Source: Candidatus Omnitrophota bacterium (GTDB lineage Bacteria > Omnitrophota > Gorgyraeia > Zapsychrales > JANLHA01). From it: DNA of 32,000 nucleotides. Below, piece by piece: positions 16,187-25,300 of this stretch. The translations under genes were made by a program, and so were the position numbers. The notes beneath the pieces are model-generated. The model was not told the DNA's origin. It saw only the letters and a program-made list of their open reading frames with translations, and searched no databases. Where the stretch lies: assembly GCA_963662715.1 (NCBI GenBank), contig OY759724.1:1620001-1652000 (forward strand). Direction: 5' to 3'. How positions within the stretch are numbered: the stretch's first letter is position 1; each line of letters begins with the position of its first letter.

Positions 16187-17455
16187 ATGAAGCACATTAA
16201 GATGACAGATCCGGAAGTCTATCAGGCGATTTTTAAAGAACTGCAACGGCAACAGAACAATTTGGAGCTTATTGCCTCAGAGAACATCGTGTCGGAAGCT
16301 GTCCTGGAGGCTCAAGGTTGTATTATGACGAATAAATACGCCGAGGGATATCCGGAACGGCGCTGGTATGGAGGCTGTGAATACGTTGATGTCGCCGAAC
16401 AGTTAGCTGTCGAGCGGGCTAAGAAACTTTTCGGCGCGGAATACGTTAACGTGCAGCCTCATTCCGGTTCTCAGGCCAATCAAGCTGTTTACAATGTCGC
16501 TGTTCAGCCGCATGATACTGTGCTCGCCCTGGATTTGGCTTGCGGAGGACATTTGACGCACGGTCATAAACTGAATTTTTCCGGAAAGATGTTTAATATG
16601 GTGGCGTATACCGTCAATCCGGATACGGAAATGCTTGATTACGATGAGATCGCCCGCTTGGCCCGGGAGCATAAACCTAAAATGATCCTTGCCGGCGCAT
16701 CCGCTTATTCCCGGTTTATCGACTTTCAGAAATTCCGCGAAATATGTGATTCCGTCGGTGCTGTTTTATTCGTTGATATGGCGCATATTGCCGGTTTAGT
16801 CGCCGCGGGTTTGCATCCTAGCCCGGTCCCTTATGCCGAATTTGTCACAACGACCACGCATAAAACTCTCCGCGGCCCCCGCGGCGGGATGATCCTTTGC
16901 CGGTCTGAATACGGCAAAAAGATTGATATGAATGTTTTTCCGGGAATTCAGGGCGGACCTCTTATGCATGTCATCGCCGCCAAAGCCGTGGCCTTTAAGG
17001 AAGCTCTTACGGATGAATTTCAGGAATACCAAAAACAGATCCTTGCCAATGCCAAGACCCTGGCATCCTCTTTGGCAGAAAGAGGCTACCGTATCGTTGC
17101 GGGAGGCACGGACAATCATCTGTTCATGGTTGATTTGCGTTCAAAGGATGTCACCGGAAAACAGGCTTCGGAAATACTGGATCAGGTCCATATCACGGTT
17201 AATAAAAATCTCATCCCTTACGACCCGCAAAGTCCTATGGTGACCAGCGGTATTCGAATCGGCAGCCCGGCCTTGACAACACGAGGCATGAAAGAAGCTC
17301 AAATGAAACAGGTGGCGCGATTCATGGATGAAGCGATAGAGAACAGAAATGATCAGACGGCTTTGAAGAAGGTGAGGGCTGGGGTTTCCGAATTGACCAG
17401 GGCCTTTCCCATTTACCATGATTTGCTTGCCTCGGGCGAGGAGCTTAAGGCATGA
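16187..17455 (+). CDS. glyA: Serine hydroxymethyltransferase
   Basis: LELIASEN, the PLP-lysine block [13 protein letters not shown], and [16 protein letters not shown]. The ATG at 16187 follows AAAGGGGA. Confidence 0.95.
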   Translation: MKHIKMTDPEVYQAIFKELQRQQNNLELIASENIVSEAVLEAQGCIMTNKYAEGYPERRWYGGCEYVDVAEQLAVERAKKLFGAEYVNVQPHSGSQANQAVYNVAVQPHDTVLALDLACGGHLTHGHKLNFSGKMFNMVAYTVNPDTEMLDYDEIARLAREHKPKMILAGASAYSRFIDFQKFREICDSVGAVLFVDMAHIAGLVAAGLHPSPVPYAEFVTTTTHKTLRGPRGGMILCRSEYGKKIDMNVFPGIQGGPLMHVIAAKAVAFKEALTDEFQEYQKQILANAKTLASSLAERGYRIVAGGTDNHLFMVDLRSKDVTGKQASEILDQVHITVNKNLIPYDPQSPMVTSGIRIGSPALTTRGMKEAQMKQVARFMDEAIENRNDQTALKKVRAGVSELTRAFPIYHDLLASGEELKA

Positions 17456-17928
17456 AATGCCCGGCTTGCGGACACAGAGAAACCAAGGTGGTCGATTCCC
17501 GTATCAGCGGGGACGGCTGTGCCATCCGGCGCCGCAGGGAATGCCTCAAGTGTGAAAAAAGATTTACCACCTATGAATATATTGAGCAAACCCCTCTGAT
17601 GGTGATTAAGAAGGACGGCCGGCGCCAGCCTTTTGACCGGACAAAGATTATTTCGGGACTTGTCAAAGCCTGTGAAAAAAGACCCGTCAGTGTCGATAAA
17701 ATTGAGGAATTGACGCTGGATGTGGAGCGTGCGATTCAAAAAAAATACGACCGGGAAGTGCAGTCCAGTGAAATAGGGGAAATCATTATGGAGAAACTGG
17801 CGGCTTTGGATCAGGTCGCCTATGTCAGATTTGCTTCTGTCTATAGACAATTCCGGGATGTGAATCATTTTATGACTGAAATTAAATATATTTTAGAGAA
17901 GGATAAGGTTCCGGTGCGAAGGAAGTGA
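17452..17928 (+). CDS. nrdR: Transcriptional repressor NrdR (zinc ribbon + ATP-cone)
   Basis: [17 protein letters not shown]...[12 protein letters not shown] zinc ribbon followed by an ATP-cone. ATGA start/stop overlap with glyA. Confidence 0.93.
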   Translation: MKCPACGHRETKVVDSRISGDGCAIRRRRECLKCEKRFTTYEYIEQTPLMVIKKDGRRQPFDRTKIISGLVKACEKRPVSVDKIEELTLDVERAIQKKYDREVQSSEIGEIIMEKLAALDQVAYVRFASVYRQFRDVNHFMTEIKYILEKDKVPVRRK

Positions 17929-17962
17929 CTTGATTGCAAACAAATAATGAAGGAAGGTTTTT

Positions 17963-18370
17963 ATGGTTCAGGTGGAGTTAACAAAAATTATTATTGATGA
18001 GCGGAGACAGGACCAGATCATTGTCTTGAAGGAAAAAGAAGGCGACCGCCAATTCCCGATCGTGATTGGTTTCATGGAAGCCTCGACAATAAAAATGAAA
18101 TTATCCGGAGTGGAAGTCCCCCGGCCCATGACGCATGATCTTCTGCTGTCCACTATCCAGGGGCTAGAGGCTAAAATGGAAAGGCTTGTTATTGACAAGC
18201 TGGTTGATAACACTTTTCATGCCAAGCTGATTTTGTTGGCCAAAGACCAGGACAGAAAAATTGTTGATGCCCGCCCGTCGGACGGCATCGCTTTGGCTGT
18301 CCGGGCGCATGCTCCCATTTTTGTTGAGGAAGCCGTCCTGCAAAAGGCGTCGATATTTAAAGTGGACTGA
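17963..18370 (+). CDS. Bifunctional nuclease (BFN/DUF151) family protein
   Basis: Family-typical blocks FPIVIGFMEASTI, PRPMTHDLL and DARPSDGIALAVR; 135 aa. Confidence 0.75.
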   Translation: MVQVELTKIIIDERRQDQIIVLKEKEGDRQFPIVIGFMEASTIKMKLSGVEVPRPMTHDLLLSTIQGLEAKMERLVIDKLVDNTFHAKLILLAKDQDRKIVDARPSDGIALAVRAHAPIFVEEAVLQKASIFKVD

Positions 18371-18426
18371 TCCCCGTCCTGTGCGGGGACATATCGGTTA
18401 ACGACAAACCGTATCTTCTCTATTTT

Positions 18427-19851
18427 ATGACTTTCCTGGAACAATATCCGCACATGAAAATCATCCGAGCTTTGGCCCGAAGACGAAAACAGGACGTTTT
18501 TTTGGTCGGAGGTTTTTTGCGCGATTTTATGCTTGGACGGGATTGTCATGATTTTGATTTTGCCGTTTCAGGACAGGCCATCCCCCTGGCCCGGACCTTT
18601 GCCCAAAAAATCAAGGGCGCTTTTGTTTTGTTGGCTCAGGAGCATCATTGCGCCAGAGTGGCCAAGAAGGAAAAAGGGCGTATTTTGACTTTTGATTTTG
18701 CCGGTTACCGCGCTCCGACATTGCGGCAGGACCTGCAGCACAGGGATTTTACGGTGAACACTTTAACCGTTCATCTGAACGAATGTGATGATCAGACTGT
18801 TCTGCCGAAAGCAGTCGTCGGAACCCGAAAGGCTTTGTCGGATATCCGCGCCCGGAGGATCAGGATGACGTCCGTTAAGGTTTTCGAGGAGGACCCGTTG
18901 CGGATTTTAAGGGCCTTCAGCCTTAAAGCTTCCCTGCCGTTTGAAATAGAGCCGTTAACCCGCCGTCAGATCAAGAAGGATAGGGCCCTGCTTTCCCGTG
19001 TTTCTGCGGAAAGAATCCGGGACGAATTGTTCAAAATATTGGAAACGGAGCGCGCCGCCCGTTGTCTTAAGGAACTGGACCGGATAAAAGTCCTGGATCT
19101 GATTATCCCGCAGATCCGGATTATGGATCAGGTGAAACAAGGCACTTATCATCATCTTGATGTCTGGCCGCATTCCCTGGAGACTGTTGTTCAGCTGGAG
19201 AAGCTTTTCCGAAAAATTATAAAGATTCCCGGTATGACAGATTATTTGATGGAACCTTTGGGCGGGCATCGGACCCGGTGGGCGCTTATGAAACTGGGAG
19301 CGTTGCTTCATGACATCGGCAAGCCGGAAGCGAAGAGAAAGCAGGATCAGCGGACGTTGTTTCACGGCCATGAGCGGATCGGAAAAGATATGGTGAATGT
19401 CATTGCCCGGATGCTAAAATTATCCACAAAAGAAAGGTTCCGGTTGATGGATATGGTCCTGTGGCATTTGCGTCCGGGTTATCTGTCTAATTTAAAGAAC
19501 CCTAGCGCTAAAGCCCTTTTTCGGTATTTTCGTGATACGAAGGAAGAAGCTGTCAGCATTGCGCTCATTGCCATGGCTGACCAGAAGGCGACCCGCGGCC
19601 CGCTTACAACCGAAGAAGACCAAAAACATCATGAGGCGATTTGCTGGCGGCTTATTCATAATTATTTTGAACAGAAAAAACAGGTCCCTTGCGCCCGGCT
19701 TATTTCGGGACACGACCTCATCCGGGAACTGCAGCTGTCTCCTTCGCCGCTTTTTGCTGTGATTTTACAAAGGGTGGAAGAACAGCAGGCTTTAGGGAAG
19801 CTTAAATCAAGGCGGGAAGCTTTGGCCCTGGCCCGAAGAATGGCAGCATGA
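18427..19851 (+). CDS. CCA-adding enzyme / poly(A) polymerase-family tRNA nucleotidyltransferase with HD domain
   Basis: Head-domain motif [31 protein letters not shown], and the HD motif [10 protein letters not shown]. Confidence 0.85.
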   Translation: MTFLEQYPHMKIIRALARRRKQDVFLVGGFLRDFMLGRDCHDFDFAVSGQAIPLARTFAQKIKGAFVLLAQEHHCARVAKKEKGRILTFDFAGYRAPTLRQDLQHRDFTVNTLTVHLNECDDQTVLPKAVVGTRKALSDIRARRIRMTSVKVFEEDPLRILRAFSLKASLPFEIEPLTRRQIKKDRALLSRVSAERIRDELFKILETERAARCLKELDRIKVLDLIIPQIRIMDQVKQGTYHHLDVWPHSLETVVQLEKLFRKIIKIPGMTDYLMEPLGGHRTRWALMKLGALLHDIGKPEAKRKQDQRTLFHGHERIGKDMVNVIARMLKLSTKERFRLMDMVLWHLRPGYLSNLKNPSAKALFRYFRDTKEEAVSIALIAMADQKATRGPLTTEEDQKHHEAICWRLIHNYFEQKKQVPCARLISGHDLIRELQLSPSPLFAVILQRVEEQQALGKLKSRREALALARRMAA

Positions 19852-19882
19852 TGTGCATTTTCACAAAAGGACAGGATCATTC

Positions 19883-20830
19883 ATGAAAATCAAAGATACC
19901 CAGTTAGATATTATTCAAGGGGATATTACGGATCTCAATATCGGTGCCGTCGTTAACCCTTGCGGGCCTGACAGGGCCTTGGCGTCTCCCTTGGCGGGTC
20001 TTGTCCTGAAAAAAGATCCTTGCCGGAGAGAGGGGGGGGCTGCCCCCTCCCAGGTTTTGCCTGCCGGGGCAGTGATGTGCTTTCAAAATCAAGGACCGCA
20101 AATCCGTTACATTATCCATGCCGTAAAGGTCGATGATGAGGGGAAGACCGGAGAAAGGGTGTTGCGGCAAGTTTGCCGCAACGTGTTTCGATGTGTCCGG
20201 GAATTGGACGTTGATTCCTTGGCCTTTCTTCCTCTTGTGGAAAATCCGGAAGAGTTCCCTGTCTTAGGTGCCGCTAAAATTATGGCCCAGGAAATTTTAA
20301 AAGCTGTGCGTTATGAAAGCACCCTATTGCGGAAAATCGTGATTTGTCTGCCTGAGGCTGCGCTTTATGATGTTTATGTGAAGGAACTGACGAGTTATAT
20401 GAATCATATCCTTTGTGATTTGGGGGCAGGCCCCTATGTGACCGTTGATATCATCATTGAAGTGCCGGAGGGCATTGTTGTCATAGAACGCTCCAATCCC
20501 CCTTATGGGTTGGCCTTGCCCGGAGGTTTTGTTGATCCGGGAGAGTCCCTTGAGCAGGCGGCATATCGTGAAGCTAAAGAGGAAACAGATTTGGACCTGG
20601 TTGATTTAAGGCAGTTTCATACTTATTCTGCTCCTCAGCGGGATCCGCGATTTCATACCGTCAGCACCGTTTTTGTAGCCCGGGGAGAAGGGGTCCCGCA
20701 TTTCGGGGACGATGCCAAAGGGCTGCGGGTCATCCCGAGAGAAGAAATCCTCAAGTGTGACTTTGCCTTTGATCATGGCATCATCCTTCGGGATTATTTG
20801 TCTGGAAGAAAACGGCAGAAAGGTTATTGA
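19883..20830 (+). CDS. Macro-like domain / Nudix hydrolase fusion protein
   Basis: The N-terminus is macro-like ([17 protein letters not shown]..., [14 protein letters not shown]). The C-terminus has a canonical Nudix box, [24 protein letters not shown]. The ATG at 19883 (AGGA 6 nt upstream) is preferred to the GTG at 19853. Confidence 0.8.
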   Translation: MKIKDTQLDIIQGDITDLNIGAVVNPCGPDRALASPLAGLVLKKDPCRREGGAAPSQVLPAGAVMCFQNQGPQIRYIIHAVKVDDEGKTGERVLRQVCRNVFRCVRELDVDSLAFLPLVENPEEFPVLGAAKIMAQEILKAVRYESTLLRKIVICLPEAALYDVYVKELTSYMNHILCDLGAGPYVTVDIIIEVPEGIVVIERSNPPYGLALPGGFVDPGESLEQAAYREAKEETDLDLVDLRQFHTYSAPQRDPRFHTVSTVFVARGEGVPHFGDDAKGLRVIPREEILKCDFAFDHGIILRDYLSGRKRQKGY

Positions 20831-20832
20831 TT

Positions 20833-20943
20833 ATGGGAGAACAAAGCGCCCCCGGATTATCGAATGCGGTAGGAGGGCTTATCACCGTTGCGATTGTCGT
20901 GATTTTGTATGTTCTGATCCGCATTCTTCAGAAGAAGACCTGA
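20833..20943 (+). CDS. Candidate 36-aa single-pass membrane peptide (not in the ORF track)
   Basis: The ATG lies 2 nt after the upstream stop. Translation is MGEQSAPGLSNAVGGLITVAIVVILYVLIRILQKKT, one clean TM helix with a basic C-terminus. A terminator hairpin follows directly. No conservation evidence is available. Confidence 0.35.
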   Translation: MGEQSAPGLSNAVGGLITVAIVVILYVLIRILQKKT

Positions 20944-20949
20944 CGGAAA

Positions 20950-20980
20950 ACAGTGAAGTTCTGCTTCACTGTCTTTCTGC
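20950..20980 (+). terminator. Rho-independent terminator candidate ending the long + strand gene string
   Basis: Perfect 9-bp stem ACAGTGAAG / CTTCACTGT with a 5-nt loop (20950-20972), followed by CTTTCT. A 400-nt non-coding gap lies downstream. Confidence 0.55.
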
Positions 20981-21185
20981 CGGTTCCTCCCTGGCCTCGT
21001 TTTTATTTTAAGGAAGGACACTGCTTTATCCTGCCAGAATATCCCGTGAAAATATTGAATAAAAACTAGCGTAAGGCCCACCTGAGGTTATAATTATTTT
21101 GAGTCGTTTATAGTGCTGGAGTTTATGTCTCATTTTTGTTTTGGCGGCAACTCCGCGGCAGAATGTCGCGCCCGTTTAGTGCGTG

Positions 21186-21221
21186 CCGGAGAAACGAGAA
21201 AGCGCTTTCTTGTTGCTCCGG
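21186..21221. repeat. 36-nt imperfect palindrome / strong hairpin in the leader of the surface-protein genes
   Basis: CCGGAGAAACGAGAAAGC|GCTTTCTTGTTGCTCCGG pairs at 15 of 16 stem positions (one G-U, one A/G mismatch) around a GCGC centre. A T-rich stretch (CATTCTTTTGG) begins 4 nt downstream. Confidence 0.7.
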
Positions 21222-21415
21222 GAGGCATTCTTTTGGAAAAAAGAGGGTATGGTTCCTTGCAGCTTTAAGTTTCTCGTCGATGCGTGTCAAGGAAGCGGGA
21301 AGAGAAGGCGTTTGAAAGATGGAATAAGGTAAGAAAAGTATTGTATACTTTTTATAGTAGGGCCTGACCACGATTTAATTATCGGGAACAAACTAACCGA
21401 GCAGGTAGGAGAATA

Positions 21416-22279
21416 ATGATGAAACACAAAAGAAAACTGTTTGCTGTTTTTGCGGGGGCCGTTTGTTGTCTGTTTCTTGCGGGCATGGTCTATGCCGGAA
21501 CATTAACTTTAACGACATATTATCCCGCTCCTTTTGGTTCTTATTCCCAGGTGCGATTAGTGCCGCGGGCCGCCATATCAGGAGCCTGTGATGTGGGGAG
21601 TATGTACGTTGATGAAACAAACGGGTTATTAATGTATTGCCGTGATGATTCGACCTATGGCCTGTTGCCGACAGCCTGGACGCAGGACAGCAATTCTGTT
21701 TTCTTAACAGATGTGGCCAATTACAGCACTTTAAAAGTCGGGATCGGGACCATAAACCCTGACAGCCAGCTGCAGATCGAATCCCAGGGAAGCGGCGCCA
21801 CGTTTAAAGTCGATCAGATGGGAGGGAGCGCTTTTACCGTAAACAGCCAGTTAAGCAACTCGGTGATAGGAACGGAGGGGAACACGTCCCTGGAATTGAA
21901 GACAAATGGCACGTCCCGCATATACATTACATCAGCAGGCAAGGTGGGTATCAATTCCGCCAGCCCGACGCATGATTTGGAAATTAACGGGGATGTGGAA
22001 ATTTCCGTTGAGGCCGGGGAGGACAGCCAGGTTACTTTTTCAAGGGGTACGACCTTTGTGACGATGGGGCTCGATGCCGCAGATAATTATTTTAAGATAA
22101 ATTACGGGTCCTCTTTGGGAGCCACGACAGAGCTGACATTGCTCCCGAGCGGTAAATTGCGCATTAACGGACCTATTGAAGTCAAACTCGGAAGTGATCC
22201 TGTTGGAGAAATAAAATTACGATATATTGATACGGGCGATCCCAACACATCGGGATATTATGCCATGTACGCCCCTTAA
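21416..22279 (+). CDS. Secreted tail-fibre-like protein, family unassigned
   Basis: AGGAG lies 5 nt upstream. Sec signal peptide (KLFAVFAGAVCCLFLAGMVYA|GT). The mature N-terminus is TLTLTTYYPAPFGSY, followed by a two-Cys loop CDVGSMYVDETNGLLMYC. There are two copies of the motif KVGIGTINPDSQLQI / KVGINSASPTHDLEI. The protein is Gly/Ser/Thr-rich and looks beta-rich. Confidence 0.8.
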   Translation: MMKHKRKLFAVFAGAVCCLFLAGMVYAGTLTLTTYYPAPFGSYSQVRLVPRAAISGACDVGSMYVDETNGLLMYCRDDSTYGLLPTAWTQDSNSVFLTDVANYSTLKVGIGTINPDSQLQIESQGSGATFKVDQMGGSAFTVNSQLSNSVIGTEGNTSLELKTNGTSRIYITSAGKVGINSASPTHDLEINGDVEISVEAGEDSQVTFSRGTTFVTMGLDAADNYFKINYGSSLGATTELTLLPSGKLRINGPIEVKLGSDPVGEIKLRYIDTGDPNTSGYYAMYAP

Positions 22280-22310
22280 TCAACACGTTTAACAGGGAGA
22301 TGAGAGAGAT

Positions 22311-25300
22311 ATGCTAAGTTACAGAAAGATTTGGCGTTTTTGCGCGATGGTTGTCTGTACGGTGTTTTTGGTCCTTCTGTCTGAATACGGCGCGTTTTCT
22401 CAAACTTGGACAGATGATGATCTGGCGACCGCCCAAAGACCGGTCAAGCCTATTCATATCCGGGAAATGCGGCGGGCTATTTATAACAAACGCATGCTCT
22501 GCGGGATGTCTTCTCCGACATGGCAGGAACCCAATATCATTGAAAAAGTGACGCCTATCCGGGCTCAGCATGTTGAAGAATTGCGGCAGGCGATCAGAGA
22601 TGTTTATGACATGCCGCCGTCCCGTACTCTCCCTGACGGTGTGATATTGGCGACGGATGTCCCGGAGGAATCAGCTATCAGGGCCGATCATATTTTTGAA
22701 ATAAGACTCTCTATCGAAGAGGTCAGTTGCTGCGGGGACGGGGAATGCAACCCGCCGTTTGAAGACCTGGATAACTGCCCGGTGGATTGCGGGGCCTGCA
22801 CCTATAGCGACTGGGTGATTTTGGGTTGTGGCGTGTCTCCTTGCGATGGCAATGAAATTCAGCGCAAAAAAACGGCTCCGGAAGACGGCTGTCAGGATCT
22901 GATCGAATGTATTGCGGCTTATGACACATGCTGCAACTACGGGGCGTGGGAAGATTATGACTGCGGCGGAGGCGAATGCGACCCGACAGCGATGAGGCAG
23001 ATTCAGCAATCAGCCACCAGTGTGGCGGGCTGCGAGGACCGTTACCGCTGCCTGGAGCTTGAATCCTGCTGTGATTATGCGGGTTTTGTCTGGCAGTGCG
23101 GCTATGATATCCTTTATCCGGATACACAATGGCTGGAGGTTAACATCCCTGATAATTCCGCGTGTGAGCCAGAGTTCGGGACGATTTATGAAGCGGATGA
23201 TCCCATATCAAAAGCAAACTGCTGCGATTACGGGGCGCAAAGCAGCAGCTGCGGCGGGGAAGTCGAAGGCGTGACCTATCCCGACTCCACCCTTATAACG
23301 CAACGCGCGGCGGGCAATCCCAATTGTGAAGATGATATCACCATCACTCCCAATGCCGATGATTGTTGTGACTACGGACCGATTGAGACGCCTCCCAGCT
23401 GTGGGGCGACATTAAGGGTGGATGGAGTCATGACGACGTTCCCTGACACGACGTTCCTGCAGTTCCGGACACCGACAAATCCTAACTGTGATCATAAAAT
23501 TGTCCAGGAACTCGCTATTGAAGAGGATCCGACAAAATACTGCTGTCAATACAGCGGTTTTCAGGGAGATTGCGGTTATGATCCCGTATACCCGGATACG
23601 GACTGGATCGAATATAATATCGCGGGAGTTGTCGACGTATCCTGTCCTGTGGAATACAGAAATCATCTGCCGAATGCCGACAGCTGCTGCTGTTACGAAT
23701 CGACCTCTATATGCGGAGACGGGGTCACCTACCCCACGTCCAGCATGATCACGTCGAAAACTCCGACGTGTAATCCTTCCTGCTCGACCGAGGTAACAGA
23801 GGATACTTTTAATGAAGCCTGTTGCGGTTACGGGCCTTGGCAGTATGATCAGTGCGGATATGCCGGATATTATGACGATACTTATCTGGTGGATTACCGT
23901 TCTCCGACCAATCCTCTGTGTGATCCTATCTTCGGTGATGTCTGCGGCCCGAATCATGAAGACTGTTGCGGTTACCCGGAAAAAGATGTTGTCTGCGGAG
24001 GAACCTGGGAAGGGGTGGTTTATCCGGAGACCACCTGTATTTATGATGCCGCTAAACCGGCCAACCCGAATTGCCCGGATAAATGCGGTTCTATTGAAGA
24101 GATGTGCGATTATTGCTGTGATTATGAAATTACGAGTTCCCACTGCGGGGACGGGGTGACGATCCCGGTCACCACTCAGGTTGTCACCAGGACGCCCAAT
24201 AACCCGAACTGTGACGTGATCGTGGACGAACAGATCCCGGATGGCTGTTGCGGTTATCCGGCAGGGTCGAGCCGGATTTGCGGATACGACGGGCGCCCGG
24301 CAACGACATCCGTTGAAGTCATGGAACCGACCCAGGACTTTGATGATTGCGAAACGATTATACAGAATGAAATAGAGAACGATCCGTTCTGTTGTGATTA
24401 TGCCGGGTTCCAGGCCTCGCAATGCGGGTATTCGGGGTGGTATGAGGCGCACACCCGGTTAGAGGTGAATGAGCCTAACAACGCCATAACAGGCTGTGAT
24501 CCTCTGTTTCAGAACGTTGTTCCCTATGAGTATGAGTGCTGTGAATACGGGACCGCAACGTCGACCTGCGGGGACGGGGTAAGTTATCCGACGAGTTCCT
24601 GGGTGACGACGCAAACATCCGCCGCGGGGTGCGATGCTATCGAGGGAGAGGAGACGAATCATCAAAACTGCTGCAATTATCCGGCCTCCCCGACCACGGA
24701 ATGCGGGGCCTTGGGATATCCCGAGACTTATTTGGTTTCGTACCTGGAATCATCAACGAATCCGACGTGTGAAATTCAGATTATCGGAACACCGGCTTAT
24801 GACGAAGTGTGTTGCCAGTACGGATCTTTGCAGCAGGGGTGCGGGGACGGGGTCCAGTTCCCGTTGACAGACTATGTCAGCTGGCATGAGCCGGGGCTCG
24901 TGCACGTTGATTGCCCGGTTAAAGTTATCAGCCAGATCGAAAATGACGACACGTGTTGTGGGTATCCGGCGGAGTATACAGCCGTTTGTGGATATTCAGC
25001 CTTAGGCTATCCGGAAACAACATTAGTGGAGATTAAAGAGCCGACGCTGGCGGAATGTCCGGTGAAATCACGGAATCCGGTCCCTTATGACGACACATGC
25101 TGTGAATATACGACAAATTATTATTGCGGGTATCCGTCTCCTTTGGACATCCCGGACACCAATTATGTTGAAGTGAAAGAACCGGGAGGAGGAAAAAGTT
25201 GCCCGGTAGAGGCTGTGAATGAAACAGCGTATGCTGAAATATGCTGCGGATACACGACCGGAACCGTTCAGGATTTGGGCTGCATGGCCTCATATGACGG

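Noticed and set aside
17963-20830. BFN nuclease, HD-domain nucleotidyltransferase and macro-Nudix read as an anti-phage defence cluster
   Set aside because: All three belong to widespread housekeeping families. They sit inside a conserved-looking metabolic/tRNA gene string without the usual defence hallmarks: no ATPase/helicase sensor, no toxin-immunity pairing and no compositional break. The sequence gives no support for this reading.
21384-21415. GGGAAC at 21384 as an ECF-type -35 element for the surface-protein genes
   Set aside because: A -10 box placed 16-17 nt downstream would fall on the Shine-Dalgarno sequence, leaving no 5' UTR. No matching element exists upstream of the sigma gene, so there is no support for an ECF promoter here.
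23412-24452. 346-aa ORF on the minus strand inside the giant gene
   Set aside because: It is antisense to a strongly supported 3.8-kb CDS. Its translation is low-complexity (Arg/Ile/Thr/Pro-rich) with no recognisable motifs or RBS. It is best explained by stop-codon scarcity opposite Cys/Tyr/Gly/Asp-rich codons.
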